Shown in pieces: positions 44,498 to 54,586 of a stretch of DNA of 64,000 nt. The position numbers were made by a program, and so were the translations under genes. Position 1 is the first letter of the stretch. Each line of letters opens with the position of its first letter. This DNA comes from Candidatus Binataceae bacterium (GTDB lineage Bacteria; Desulfobacterota; Binatia; Binatales; Binataceae). Under the pieces are notes generated by a model. The model saw only the letters and a program-made list of their open reading frames with translations, ran no database searches and was not told where the DNA came from. The stretch covers positions 1,982-65,981 of the forward strand of contig DATKSL010000008.1 in the NCBI GenBank assembly GCA_035531675.1, given 5' to 3'.

Positions 44498-46966
44498 TCA
44501 CAGCATGTTGAGCGGATCGATATCGATCGCGACGCGCACCGCCGCCTCCGGTTTGAGCGCGGCGCGCATCGCGCCGAGCGCCGCGCGCATCGCGCTCAGC
44601 GCCGTCGACTTCACCATCACCTGAAACCGGTAACGACCGCGCAGCCGTTCGATCGGCGCCGGCGCCGGACCCAGCACGCGCAACGCGCCCTCGGCGGCCG
44701 CCGCGGCGGCGCGCTTGAGCGCCACCGCCGCCTCGGCCGCGACCCGCGCCGCAGCCGCCGCATCCTCGCTCTCGATCCGCACCATCGCCAGCCGCGTGAA
44801 GGGCGGATAGCCGAGTTCGCGGCGCAGCGTCAACTCGCGGCGCATGAAGCGCTCGTAATCCTGATCGCGCGCGGCCCGGATACTGTAATGGCCGGGGGCA
44901 TAGGTCTGGATCAGCACCCGGCCGGGACGCTCGCCGCGCCCGGCGCGGCCCGCGACCTGGGTCAGCAGTTGAAAGGTGCGCTCGGCAGAGCGGAAGTCGG
45001 GCAGATTCAGAGCGACGTCGGCCAGGATCACGCCGACCAGCGTCACGCCGGGAAAATCGAAGCCCTTGGTGACCATCTGGGTGCCGACCAGGATATCGAT
45101 CTCGCCGCGCTCGAGCGCCGCCAGCATCCGCGATCGCTCGCCGCGCCGCCCGCTGGTATCGGAGTCCATCCGCTCGACCCGCGCTGCCGGCACGATCTTC
45201 GCCAGCTCCGCCACCAGCCGTTCGGTGCCAAAGCCGAGTCCCTCGAGTCCCGGCGCGCGGCACTCGGGGCAGCTTTCCGGCGCCAGCCGCCGCTCGCCGC
45301 AGTAATGGCAGCGCAGCGATCGATCGCGCAGATGGAAGGTCTGGCTGACGCTGCAGTTCGGGCAGGTGAGCACCGCGCCGCAGCTGTGGCACTGCAAGAA
45401 ATTGTGATAGCCGCGCCGATTGAGAAACAGGATGGTCTGGCCGCGGGCGGCAAGATTCGCGTGGATCGCTTCGAGCAGCGGCTCTGAAAGCGGCACCGGG
45501 CCAGCGGCCGCGGCGTCGTCGGGCGCCGGCTTGGCGCGATTTCCGGGCTTGGCAGCGCCGCGCCGCAGATCGACAATCTCGACCGCGGCGAACGGCCGCT
45601 CCATCACGCGCCGCGCAAGCTTGAGCATCCGGTAGCGGCCGTTGCGCGCGTTGGCCCACGATTCGGCCGACGGCGTGGCCGAGCCCAGCACCACCGGGCA
45701 GCGCGCGAAGCGGCCCAGCGCGACGGCCAGGTCGCGCGCGTTGTAGCGGATACCCTCCTCGTTCTTGTAGGCGGCGTCGTGCTCCTCGTCGACCACGATC
45801 AGGCCCGGGTCGTGGAGCGGAGCGAAGATCGCCGAGCGCGGTCCGATCATGATACGCGCGCGGCCGGCCAGCGCCGCGCGCCAGTTGGTCCAGCGCTCGG
45901 CCACCTTCTGCGCGCTGTGCGCGATCGCGACCAGCGCTCCGAAGCGGCGGCGAAAGGCGCGCACCAACTGGTCGGTAAGCGCGATCTCGGGCACCAGCAG
46001 GATTACGTTGCGCCCGAGGCCGAGCGCGCGCGCCGCCAGGCCCAGGTAGATCTCGGTCTTGCCGCTGGCCGTGACGCCCCACAAGAGAAACGTTTCGTCG
46101 CGCCGATTCTCGATCGCCGGGGCGATGGCGTTGAAGGCGGCCTGCTGCTCATCGTTCATCTTGAGCGGCGTTTCGTGCCCGTCACCAGCGGCCGCCACGA
46201 CGGCATTGTCGGCCGGCGCGCCGGGTTTGATTTCAATCCATCCGCGCGCGGAGAGGACTCTGAGCAGCGGGCCGATCTCGCCCAGCGACCTCTTGAGCCC
46301 GTCGAGCGGCAGCCCTTCGGCGGATGCGGCGGCGAGCATCGCCATGACTTCGCACTGGCGCGGGCCGCGCAGCTTCAGTTGGGCCGGATCGATCGTCGCG
46401 CGCACGCGCAGGTGGACGGCTTCGCGATGGCGCCCAAGCGTCGCGGTCTCCTCGGCCACGATTCGCTCGGCGGCGAGCCGGCCGAGCGCCGTGGTCAGCT
46501 CGCGTTCGGAGGCGAGGCGACGGAGCTGGCGCGGGGTCATCGGATGGCGTTCGAGCGCCGCCACGATTTCGCGCTCCAGCGGCGTCAGCGCGGCGCGCAT
46601 CAGCGGCGCCGGCGCCGCTTCCATCCGATAGCGGCGGTGCGATTCGATCCGCACCAGGCCCGGCACCACGCTGCGATAGGCCTCGGCGATCGGCGCCAGG
46701 TAGTAGCTGGCGAGGAAGTTGAGCAGCTCGAGATGAGGCTGGTCGAAGAGCGGCTGCGGCTCGAGCAGTTCGGCGATCGGTTTGAGGGTCTTGCCCGCCG
46801 AGTCGAACGCGCCGACCTCGATTACCACTCCGGTCATGCGGCGCGAGCCGAGCGGCACGATCACGCGATGGCCGGGTCTTATGGCGCTCGCCAGCTCCGG
46901 CGCGATCGCATAGGTGAGCGGGGCGAGGTCGCCCGCCGAGCCCAACACTACCACCTTGGCCTGCAT
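44498..46966 (-). CDS. priA: primosomal replication restart helicase PriA
   Basis: Walker A GVTASGKTE, DEEHD box and Cys4 zinc fingers (CHSCG...CPNC, CHYCG...CPEC). ATG 46964-46966 is preferred; a TTG at 46984 is also possible. Confidence 0.9.
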   Translation of the reverse strand: MQAKVVVLGSAGDLAPLTYAIAPELASAIRPGHRVIVPLGSRRMTGVVIEVGAFDSAGKTLKPIAELLEPQPLFDQPHLELLNFLASYYLAPIAEAYRSVVPGLVRIESHRRYRMEAAPAPLMRAALTPLEREIVAALERHPMTPRQLRRLASERELTTALGRLAAERIVAEETATLGRHREAVHLRVRATIDPAQLKLRGPRQCEVMAMLAAASAEGLPLDGLKRSLGEIGPLLRVLSARGWIEIKPGAPADNAVVAAAGDGHETPLKMNDEQQAAFNAIAPAIENRRDETFLLWGVTASGKTEIYLGLAARALGLGRNVILLVPEIALTDQLVRAFRRRFGALVAIAHSAQKVAERWTNWRAALAGRARIMIGPRSAIFAPLHDPGLIVVDEEHDAAYKNEEGIRYNARDLAVALGRFARCPVVLGSATPSAESWANARNGRYRMLKLARRVMERPFAAVEIVDLRRGAAKPGNRAKPAPDDAAAAGPVPLSEPLLEAIHANLAARGQTILFLNRRGYHNFLQCHSCGAVLTCPNCSVSQTFHLRDRSLRCHYCGERRLAPESCPECRAPGLEGLGFGTERLVAELAKIVPAARVERMDSDTSGRRGERSRMLAALERGEIDILVGTQMVTKGFDFPGVTLVGVILADVALNLPDFRSAERTFQLLTQVAGRAGRGERPGRVLIQTYAPGHYSIRAARDQDYERFMRRELTLRRELGYPPFTRLAMVRIESEDAAAAARVAAEAAVALKRAAAAAAEGALRVLGPAPAPIERLRGRYRFQVMVKSTALSAMRAALGAMRAALKPEAAVRVAIDIDPLNML

Positions 46967-47076
46967 CCCAGAGATCCGCGGCAACGGCTGCCGCCGTGGG
47001 ATTCTAGCTCAAGCGCAGCCGCGATGTGCGCCGGCGGGGGGAGCGGGATTCCTGGCCGCGCGCGGCGGGTGACGAA

Positions 47077-47292
47077 TCAGGAAACTTTGTCGGGCTTGGC
47101 CTCGCTCGGCGGAAGATCGCTCTTGGCGACCGGCGCCGCGCTCTTGGCCGCTTCGGGTTCGTTCATGGCGTGCTTGAAATCGTGAATCGCCTTGCCCAGC
47201 GCGCCGCCGACGTCACCGAGTTTGCTGGGCCCGAAGATGATCAGAATGATCAGCAGCAGGATCAGCAAGTGTGAGGGGGCGAAAATATCCAT
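47077..47292 (-). CDS. tatA: twin-arginine translocase subunit TatA/E
   Basis: 71 aa: MDIFAPSHLLILLLIILIIFGPSKLGDVGGALGKAIHDFKHA. GGAG is present upstream. Confidence 0.85.
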   Translation of the reverse strand: MDIFAPSHLLILLLIILIIFGPSKLGDVGGALGKAIHDFKHAMNEPEAAKSAAPVAKSDLPPSEAKPDKVS

Positions 47293-47383
47293 AAAGGTCT
47301 CCGGCCGGCAGCCATCGCCAGCCATTGGGGAGTCTATCGCGCCGCGATCGCGTTTGCCACCCGCCGCGACGCCACGCCAGGCG

Positions 47384-48841
47384 TCAACTTTCCCGGCCCA
47401 TCGCGCTCTGCGGAGCGGCGGCGGTGGCGCCGTCGGGCGCTTCGAGCCGGTAGCGCTGGACTTTGCGATAAAGCGTCGAGAGATGGACGCCGAGGATCTG
47501 CGCGGCCTTGACCTTGTCGCCCTTGACCTTGTCGAGCACGCGTTTGATGTGCTCCTGCTCGAGTTCTTCGAGCGTCAGCCCGGAGCCCTCGAGCTCGCTC
47601 CATCCCGAGGCCGGCGTGTTGCGGACCTTCTCGGGCAGGTCGTGCGAATGAATCACGTTGGTCTCGGCCAGGATGACGGCGCGTTCGATGGCGTTCTCGA
47701 GCTCGCGGACATTGCCGGGCCATGGATAGCCGACCAGCGCGCGCATCGCACCGCGCGAAAACCGGATCGTCGAGCGGTTCAGCGCCTTCTCGTACTTGTG
47801 CAGGAAATGGTTGGCGAGCAGCGGGATATCGTCGCGCCGCTCGCGCAGCGGCGGCAGCGTAATGGTGATGACGTTGATGCGGTAGAGCAGCTCCTCGCGG
47901 AAGCGTCCGGCCTTGACCTCGCGATCGAGATCGCGATTGGTCGCGCACAGCACCCGCACGTCGAAACGCACGGGCTCGTTGGCGCCGAGCGGATAGGCTT
48001 CGCGCTCCTGCAGGGCGCGCAGCAGCTTGACCTGCAGCGACAACGGCAGCTCGCCGATCTCGTCGAAGAACACCGTGCCGCCGTCGGCGGCCTTGAGCAG
48101 TCCCTGCTTGTCCTGGCCCGCGCCGGTAAAGGCGCCGCGCTTGTAGCCGAAAAGCTCGCTCTCGAGCAGATTTTCGGGCAGCGCGCCGCAGTTGATCGGC
48201 AGGAAACGCGCGTTGGCGCGCTCGGAGCTGAAATGGATCGCGCGCGCGACCAGCTCCTTGCCGGTCCCCGACTCGCCCGTGACCAGCACGCTGGAGTCGG
48301 TGCGGGCGACCTTCTCCATCACCCGGTAGACCTGCTCCATGGCGTCGCTTTTGCCGATGATGTTCTCGAAGCGGTACTTCTCGCGCAGCTCGCGGCGCAG
48401 GAAGCGATTCTCGCGGAACAGCGCCTTCTCCTTGAGCGCGTTGCGGACCACCGCCTTCAGATGATCGTTGGCGAAGGGCTTGGTGATGTAGTCATAGGCG
48501 CCGGTATGCAACGCCTCGATCGCCGACTCGACGCTCGCATAGGCGGTCACGATGATGCCCATCACCTCGGGATCGATCGCCCGAATCCGGCTCAGCAGTT
48601 CGAGCCCGCTCGCGCCGCCGCCGAGATTGAGGTCGATGATCGCGGCGTCGATACCCTCGCGCGCGAAGCGCTCGCTGTTGAAGATTTCCAGCGCGGTGGC
48701 CGGCGAATGGGCGTCGATCACCTCGTAGCCGTCGCCGCGCAGGAGCTGGACGATAATCGAGCGCATCAACTGCTCGTCCTCGACCACCATGATGCGGCAG
48801 GGACCGCCCTGCGGGGCACTCAATTTCTGCTCGGTTTCCAT
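47384..48841 (-). CDS. sigma-54-dependent response regulator (NtrC family bEBP)
   Basis: REC domain (IMVVEDE ... AAIIDLNL), AAA+ domain ([14 protein letters not shown] loop, FFDEIGE) and a C-terminal Fis-type HTH ([16 protein letters not shown]). Confidence 0.9.
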   Translation of the reverse strand: METEQKLSAPQGGPCRIMVVEDEQLMRSIIVQLLRGDGYEVIDAHSPATALEIFNSERFAREGIDAAIIDLNLGGGASGLELLSRIRAIDPEVMGIIVTAYASVESAIEALHTGAYDYITKPFANDHLKAVVRNALKEKALFRENRFLRRELREKYRFENIIGKSDAMEQVYRVMEKVARTDSSVLVTGESGTGKELVARAIHFSSERANARFLPINCGALPENLLESELFGYKRGAFTGAGQDKQGLLKAADGGTVFFDEIGELPLSLQVKLLRALQEREAYPLGANEPVRFDVRVLCATNRDLDREVKAGRFREELLYRINVITITLPPLRERRDDIPLLANHFLHKYEKALNRSTIRFSRGAMRALVGYPWPGNVRELENAIERAVILAETNVIHSHDLPEKVRNTPASGWSELEGSGLTLEELEQEHIKRVLDKVKGDKVKAAQILGVHLSTLYRKVQRYRLEAPDGATAAAPQSAMGRES

Positions 48842-50550
48842 CAGGCGTTCAGCGTCTCACCCTCGACTTCGGTTTCGGCCACATAGGCCGGCAGGTAGAT
48901 GGTGACCGCGGTGCCCTGCCCGACCTCGCTTTCGACCTTGATGGTGCCGTGGTTGCCAAGCACGATCCGCTGGCACAGCGAAAGTCCGAGCCCGGTGCCG
49001 GCGCCCGCCGGCTTGGTGGTGAAGAACGGATCGAAGACCCGTTCCAGATGCTCGCGCGGGATGCCGATGCCGTTGTCGATCACTTTCATCTTGACCTTGC
49101 GCACCCGCGGGCCGGCCTCGGGCTTGAAGTTCTCGGTTACGATCCGGATCGTCGCGCCCTCGCTGGGCACCGCGTCGGCGGCATTGAACAGCAGGTTCAG
49201 CAGCACCTGCTGAACCTCGTTGTTGTCGACGTGGGCCGGGGTCAGGTCGGGGGCCAGCTCGGGCTTAAGGGTGATGCCGCTGAAGCGCTTGTTATAGCTC
49301 ACCAGGCGCAGCGTCTCCTCGATAAGCGCGTTCAGGTCGACGGCCTGGCGATGGGCAGTTGAGGGGCGCGCGAAGTTGACCAGATCCTTGAGGGTCCCCG
49401 AGATGCGGGTGATTTGGGTCAGGATGGTATGGAGCGTCGAGCGCCGCGTTGGATCGTCTTCGCTGGTGAGCAGCGACTGGACCAGCGACGAGATCGAGGC
49501 CAGCGGATTATTCACCTCGTGCGCGACGCCGGCGGCGAAGGTGCCGACCGCCGCCAGGCGCTCGGCCTTGAGCAGCTCATCGAGCATCTCACGGCGCTGG
49601 GAGACGTCGTGCAGAATGAGCTGGATAAAATTATATTCGCCGAACGGGATGAGCGCCGAGTTGACGTCGAAATAGCGCCCGCCGATGGCGAGGTCCCGGA
49701 TCTGATCGAAGCCGTTGTGGACCACCGTGCGCAGATGGCGGGTGAGCTGCGGCAGCCCGTCGGCCGGGGAAAGTTCCGCGATCGTGTGGCCCACCAGTCG
49801 CGCGTCGCCGTTGCCCGGCATCCGGTCGTGCAGCCGTTCGGCCGCGGAGTTGGCGCTGGTCACGATCCAGGACTCCGGGTCGATCTCGTACATCGGGTCG
49901 GGCGCGTGATTGATCGAGTTGCGGTACTTCTCCTCGGAGAGCCGCAGCGCCTTCTCGCGCGACTCGACGTAGAACTGCGACACCATCAGGCGGCGCTCGT
50001 CGATCGCGGCGACCACGGTATTGCGCAGATGCTCGCGGCGCTTGCCGTAGCGCTCGGGAGTGATGCGGCTCAGGATGATCTGTTTGAGCGCAATATGGAC
50101 CCCGTTGAACTGCGACGGCTCGGCCCGCGACAGCATCCCCTCCTGGCAGTGCCGGCGCAGATGGATGTAAGTCCGGATGTCGTCGGGATCGCGCAGATGG
50201 TCGCGGAAGCGGAGCAGCGCGTTCCCGAGTTCAGCGCCGATTTGCGCGGCCGGACGACGGGTGGGCGAGGTGCCGCTGAAGATCGACTCGATCGAAGTGC
50301 GCCACTGCTCGACGATCGCGCTGAACTCCTCATCGATCAGCTCGGCGATCGTGGCCCGCGCGGCGAGGCTCTCCCGCGAGCGGCTGTAGGCGTGGTCGAA
50401 CAGCGGCACCAGGAACTTCTCGATTCCGCCCAGCGCCTTGCGAATCGATTCGATCTCCTCGGCGCTGGCTTGAATCGGGAGATCGCTCGGCTGCCGACGC
50501 GTCGTCGTTTTGCTTACCCGGCAGCGGGAAGATCGGGGGGTCGTTCTCAT
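48841..50550 (-). CDS. cytoplasmic PAS-domain sensor histidine kinase
   Basis: H-box GVAHEVNNPLASI, N-box LLNLLFNAADA and G-boxes DNGIGI / GTGLGLS. No hydrophobic TM segment was seen. The stop shares 1 nt with the regulator start. Confidence 0.85.
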   Translation of the reverse strand: MRTTPRSSRCRVSKTTTRRQPSDLPIQASAEEIESIRKALGGIEKFLVPLFDHAYSRSRESLAARATIAELIDEEFSAIVEQWRTSIESIFSGTSPTRRPAAQIGAELGNALLRFRDHLRDPDDIRTYIHLRRHCQEGMLSRAEPSQFNGVHIALKQIILSRITPERYGKRREHLRNTVVAAIDERRLMVSQFYVESREKALRLSEEKYRNSINHAPDPMYEIDPESWIVTSANSAAERLHDRMPGNGDARLVGHTIAELSPADGLPQLTRHLRTVVHNGFDQIRDLAIGGRYFDVNSALIPFGEYNFIQLILHDVSQRREMLDELLKAERLAAVGTFAAGVAHEVNNPLASISSLVQSLLTSEDDPTRRSTLHTILTQITRISGTLKDLVNFARPSTAHRQAVDLNALIEETLRLVSYNKRFSGITLKPELAPDLTPAHVDNNEVQQVLLNLLFNAADAVPSEGATIRIVTENFKPEAGPRVRKVKMKVIDNGIGIPREHLERVFDPFFTTKPAGAGTGLGLSLCQRIVLGNHGTIKVESEVGQGTAVTIYLPAYVAETEVEGETLNA

Positions 50551-50767
50551 GCTCTGCCTTATTCGGCGCTCTGACCGAAAACCTACAACTAACTTCGCAT
50601 TCTGATAACTTTAACGCAACAATCTTTCTTTGCATAACGCGAATCCCCGCAGCTACAAAAACCATATGCTTCATCGACTCACCAAATCGTTGGCATGAGC
50701 ATCCCAATTGGTTCTCGCGTCGATTCGTAAGCCATCGTAACCGCTTGATTTTATTGATTTGTCGTGA

Positions 50768-50783
50768 TGGCACAGGTTTGGCA
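50768..50783 (+). promoter_or_regulatory. candidate sigma-54 (-24/-12) promoter for the GT2 synthase gene
   Basis: TGGCAC-AGGTT-TGGCA versus consensus TGGCAC-N5-TTGCW. The GG and GC dinucleotides are correctly spaced. It lies in an AT-richer intergenic region next to a divergent bEBP operon. Confidence 0.55.
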
Positions 50784-50828
50784 CCTTGGTCCTTTGTGCC
50801 ATCCGTTGTAACTTCCATTCCGATCGTC

Positions 50829-53273
50829 GTGCCGCACGGAAAATTTTTCCTGCGCGGTGCGCAGAAGTTCTTCCTCAAGGCCGTGCGCCTCGACGGTCCG
50901 ATTAACGTCTCGGATTTCGATCACAAGCTGCGCGCCCTGGCGCGGCTCGAAGAGCTCCATCGCGACCATACCACCGCCCTGGTTCTCAGCGAGGAGCAGG
51001 CCGAGGCGGCGCTCGATCTGGCCGCGCTGGGCGGACTCTACGCGCTGGTCGAGCTCGCCGTCGAACCGCAACAGCTCCTGACACGCCAGGGGCTGCGTAC
51101 CGCGGAAGCCTGGATCGAATCGGCTGTGCATTCGCTCGGTGGACGCCCCGGGTTGGTCGGTTTTCTGATCGATTGTCCGATCGAGCAGGATGCGCTGCGG
51201 GCCCACGGCGTCAAACGGATACGCGCGGCGCTGCGGCGGCTGGTTCGCAAGATTCGCGCGGCCGGTTTCGCCGGCGGGATTCATCATCGGATCGAAACCC
51301 GCGCGCTGGCGCTCGAGGAAGAGGATTTCATTTACAGCGACGCCACCGGTCTGTCGCCCGGCGAGCTGCGCGACTACCTGGCCGCGATGCACAATGTCGC
51401 CGACGCGCGCCCGGTCATAATCGAATTCAAGGGCTTTAACCCCGGCAGCGAGGAACTGGTCGCCACCGCCTTCGGGATGGGTGCGGCGGGCGTGGTCGCC
51501 CCGGCCGTGCCGATGATGCCGCCGCTCCACGCGCTCGCGCTGGGCCGTGTCCCAGGGTCCGAGCTGCATCCGTTCCTGGCGATGAATGGCAACTGCCCGC
51601 CCGCTCCGGCTCGCACGCCGATGGTTTCGATCGTAATTTGCGCCTATAACGCCGAGCGCACCATGCGGGCCTGCCTCGAATCGCTGACCAAGCTCGACTA
51701 CGCGGACTACGAGGTGATAATCGTCGACGACGGCGCGCGCGATCGGACTGCTGCAATTGCGGCCGACTTTCCGCAGTTCCAGCTGATCCGTCAGCCCAAC
51801 CGGGGCTTGAGCGTCGCCCGCAACGTCGGGCTCAATCGTGCGCGCGGCGAGCTGGTCGCCTACACCGATTCGGATTGCGTGGTCGATCCGCACTGGCTCA
51901 CCCTGATGGTACGGGCGATGGACGAGCGCGGCTTCGACGCCTGCGGCGGCCCCAATTATGCCCCGCACGAAGAGGGGCGTCTCGAAGCCTGCTGCGCGGC
52001 GTCGCCCGGCGCGCCCTGCCAGGTGCTGATCGGCGAGGAACACGCCGAGCATCTGGCGGGCTGCAACATGGTGTTCCGCAAAGCGGTGCTGGCGCAGATC
52101 GGCGGCTTCGACCCGCAGTTCACCGCCGCCGGCGACGACGTCGATATCTGCTGGCGGATGAGCGCGGCCGGCTTCTGCATCGGCTTCGCCCCGGCCGCCT
52201 TCGTCTGGCATTTCCGCCGCAACACGGTGCAGGCCTACTACGGCCAGCAGCGCGGCTACGGCCGGGCCGAGGCGATGCTCTACTTCAAGTATCCCGAGCG
52301 CTTCAACCTGCTCGGTCAAATCAAGTGGCGCGGCCGTATTCCCGGGATCAACCGGATGCTGCCGGGCGGCGACGAAAAGCGCATCTGGTGGAAGGCGCCG
52401 GCTGCCCATGCCCAGGCGCTCGAAGCTCCGGCCGATAGCCTGATCGGGTTTCTGCCGCAGACCCTGGAGTGGAACCTGGCCTGGGGCGCGGCGCTGGCGG
52501 TCTGCGCATTCAAGGGCGTGACTATCCTGCCGGCGCTGGTGATGATTCTGACCGGGCCATTGTGGGCGCTTCATTACGCGCGCCGCGCGCCGCTCGAGCG
52601 CTGCCACGACCGGCTGAGCTCGCGCCTGCTAATCGCGCTGCTGGCCTACACCGGCCCGATGGCGAGAACGCTCAGGCGCTACCGGACCCGGTTCACGATG
52701 GCGGCGAATATGGGTATCGATACGCCGCCGCGCCAGCGCCCGCGAATCGATCTCCGCCGCCGCGCGCTGACGCTCAGCTACTGGAACGATCGCTACATCA
52801 CCCGCGACGCGCTGCTCGCCGATCTGACCCGGCTCTTCCAGCAGCTGCGTTGCCCGGTAACCGTCGAGCCCGGATGGCGCGACTACGACCTCGAGGCCCG
52901 ACCCGACCCGTGGACCCGCGTCGAGATCCGCAGCGCCGACGAAGAGCACGGCGGGATGAAGCTTATCAACCGGGTCGCCGCGCGCGTGCGGCTTAGCGCC
53001 GCCGGCAAACTGGCACTGCTCGCCGGAGTGGCCTCGACCGCCGCCTGCGCGATGCTCGGCGCGCCGGATGCGACGATTGCGGCCGCGGCGCTGACCCTGG
53101 CCGGGACCGTCTGCCTGGTGGCCGAGACCTTCGAGGCCGGCCGCTTCGCCTACCGCGCCATCGAAGTCTGCGCGCAGGGGCTTGCGCTCACACCGCTCGG
53201 CGCACCCGCCCGCGCCGCCCGAACGATCGACGCATCGTCAGCGGCGCCCGCTTCCGAAGCGCTCGCCAAGTAA
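50829..53273 (+). CDS. large membrane glycosyltransferase family 2 (processive synthase-like) with N-terminal glycoside-hydrolase-like domain
   Basis: GT2 core VSIVICAYNAE ... VDDGARD ... YTDSDC ... GDDVDICWR ... GQQRGYG, followed by several TM helices. The start is uncertain: GTG 50829 lies downstream of the predicted sigma-54 promoter, while the track ORF opens at TTG 50745. Confidence 0.75.
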   Translation: MPHGKFFLRGAQKFFLKAVRLDGPINVSDFDHKLRALARLEELHRDHTTALVLSEEQAEAALDLAALGGLYALVELAVEPQQLLTRQGLRTAEAWIESAVHSLGGRPGLVGFLIDCPIEQDALRAHGVKRIRAALRRLVRKIRAAGFAGGIHHRIETRALALEEEDFIYSDATGLSPGELRDYLAAMHNVADARPVIIEFKGFNPGSEELVATAFGMGAAGVVAPAVPMMPPLHALALGRVPGSELHPFLAMNGNCPPAPARTPMVSIVICAYNAERTMRACLESLTKLDYADYEVIIVDDGARDRTAAIAADFPQFQLIRQPNRGLSVARNVGLNRARGELVAYTDSDCVVDPHWLTLMVRAMDERGFDACGGPNYAPHEEGRLEACCAASPGAPCQVLIGEEHAEHLAGCNMVFRKAVLAQIGGFDPQFTAAGDDVDICWRMSAAGFCIGFAPAAFVWHFRRNTVQAYYGQQRGYGRAEAMLYFKYPERFNLLGQIKWRGRIPGINRMLPGGDEKRIWWKAPAAHAQALEAPADSLIGFLPQTLEWNLAWGAALAVCAFKGVTILPALVMILTGPLWALHYARRAPLERCHDRLSSRLLIALLAYTGPMARTLRRYRTRFTMAANMGIDTPPRQRPRIDLRRRALTLSYWNDRYITRDALLADLTRLFQQLRCPVTVEPGWRDYDLEARPDPWTRVEIRSADEEHGGMKLINRVAARVRLSAAGKLALLAGVASTAACAMLGAPDATIAAAALTLAGTVCLVAETFEAGRFAYRAIEVCAQGLALTPLGAPARAARTIDASSAAPASEALAK

Positions 53274-53339
53274 TCGGCGGCGAAATCGTCGGCCCGCTGG
53301 TATCGTACCGGCCGCTTCTGCTTGAATCGGCCGGTGGTG

Positions 53340-53714
53340 ATGCTCAGGCGGATTCTACTGCTGGCGCTGGCCGGCGCGACGGGAACCCTGGCGCGCTATT
53401 GGTTGTCGGGCTTCGTCCAGCGCTCGAACCTGACCTTTGCGTGGGGCACGCTGGCGGTCAACGGCCTGGGATGCTTCCTGTTCGGCCTGGTCTGGACGCT
53501 GGCCGAGGAGCGGCTGCTGATCAGCGGTGAAACCCGCATCATCCTGCTGGGTGGCTTCATGGGCGCCTTCACCACCTTCTCCACCTACATGTTCGAGACC
53601 CGCCAGATGCTGGCCGCCTCGGAGTGGCTCCTGGGCGCAACTAACTTCGCGGTCGAAAACTTAGCCGCCTTTGCCCTGCTGATTCTCGGCATTGTCCTGG
53701 GCCGAATGATTTAG
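53340..53714 (+). CDS. crcB: fluoride efflux channel CrcB/FluC
   Basis: 124 aa with four TM helices: GATGTLARYW, GTLAVNGLGCFLFG and GFMGAFTTFSTY motifs. ATG 53340 is preferred over TTG 53322. Confidence 0.85.
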   Translation: MLRRILLLALAGATGTLARYWLSGFVQRSNLTFAWGTLAVNGLGCFLFGLVWTLAEERLLISGETRIILLGGFMGAFTTFSTYMFETRQMLAASEWLLGATNFAVENLAAFALLILGIVLGRMI

Positions 53715-53726
53715 AGGAGAGCGCGT

Positions 53727-54083
53727 ATGCATCTTCCGTCAGAGGGTGAGCTGCTCAGAATTTTTATCGGCTCGAGCGACCTCTACCATCATCGCCCGCT
53801 GCACGAGGTGATCGTCGAGGAGGCGCGCAAGCGCGGGATGGCCGGGGCGACCGTGCTGCGCGGCACGCTCGGCTTCGGCGCCCATAGCCGCATCCATTCG
53901 GCCAAGATCCTGCGGCTCTCCGAGGACCTGCCGATGGTGATCGAGATCGTCGATATCCCCGAACGTATCGAAGCCTTCCTGCCGGATCTCGACAGCTGGA
54001 TGGACGAGGGGATGGTAACGGTCGAAAAGGTCCGCGTGATCACCTACCGGCACAGCGAAACCAAGGCTCGCAATTTGCGCTGA
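53727..54083 (+). CDS. DUF190 (PII-like) protein commonly paired with crcB
   Basis: 118 aa: LLRIFIGSSD.YHHRPLHEVIVEEARKRGMAGATVLRG..GFG is the typical DUF190 pattern. It is adjacent to crcB. Confidence 0.75.
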   Translation: MHLPSEGELLRIFIGSSDLYHHRPLHEVIVEEARKRGMAGATVLRGTLGFGAHSRIHSAKILRLSEDLPMVIEIVDIPERIEAFLPDLDSWMDEGMVTVEKVRVITYRHSETKARNLR

Positions 54084-54124
54084 CCCCGGCGCCGGCACGC
54101 GCCAGCCGGCAATAGAACGGAAGA

Positions 54125-54586
54125 TCAGTCGAGCTTGGCGCGCAACTGGACCAGTTCGCGGCGTACCTCGGTCAGCGCGCGCCGCAGGATCGCCTCCGAC
54201 TTGCCGCCACCGGCGCTATCGGCACCGCCCGCCCCGGCGGCCGGGGCAGCAACGCGGCGGATCGGCTCCTCGCCCTTGAGCGCCGCCTCCAGACCGTTCT
54301 CGCGGATATACTTCTTGGCCCCCTCGATCGTGAAGCGCTCCTTGTGGAGCAGGCGCTTCACCGCCTTTAGGGTCTCGAGGTCCTGCTCGAGATAGTAGCG
54401 ATGGCCCGACGGCGTGTGGCGCGGTTTGAGGAACGCGAACTGCGTCTCCCAGAAACGCAGCACGAACGGCGCGACTCCAACCTTTTTGGCCGCCTCGCCG
54501 ATCTTCAGGTTGCGTCCGCTCTCCGGCGCCGATGAGGCCTTGCCCTTGCTGGTGCGCGTCTCAGACTTGCGTGACGAATGACTCAT
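54125..54586 (-). CDS. MerR-family transcriptional regulator
   Basis: HTH IGEAAKKVGVAPFVLRFWETQF..LKP.HTPSGHRYY. It overlaps the ihfA stop by 4 nt, the same ihfA-merR arrangement as in pseudomonads (from memory). Confidence 0.8.
   Translation of the reverse strand: MSHSSRKSETRTSKGKASSAPESGRNLKIGEAAKKVGVAPFVLRFWETQFAFLKPRHTPSGHRYYLEQDLETLKAVKRLLHKERFTIEGAKKYIRENGLEAALKGEEPIRRVAAPAAGAGGADSAGGGKSEAILRRALTEVRRELVQLRAKLD

Noticed and set aside
44430-46082. 550-aa minus-strand ORF in another frame of priA, and the 468-aa plus-strand ORF 45779..47185.
   Set aside because: PriA motifs (Walker A, DEEHD, two Cys4 fingers) define the true frame. The alternates are Arg/Gly/Ala-rich.
53274-53339. Fluoride riboswitch (crcB motif) expected upstream of crcB-DUF190.
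   Set aside because: I could not find the conserved core elements (GGxGAUG ... CUGAUGAUxCCUAC-like segments, as I recall them) in the roughly 65 nt between the GT2 stop and crcB. crcB may be co-transcribed with the GT2 gene. A covariance-model scan would be decisive.
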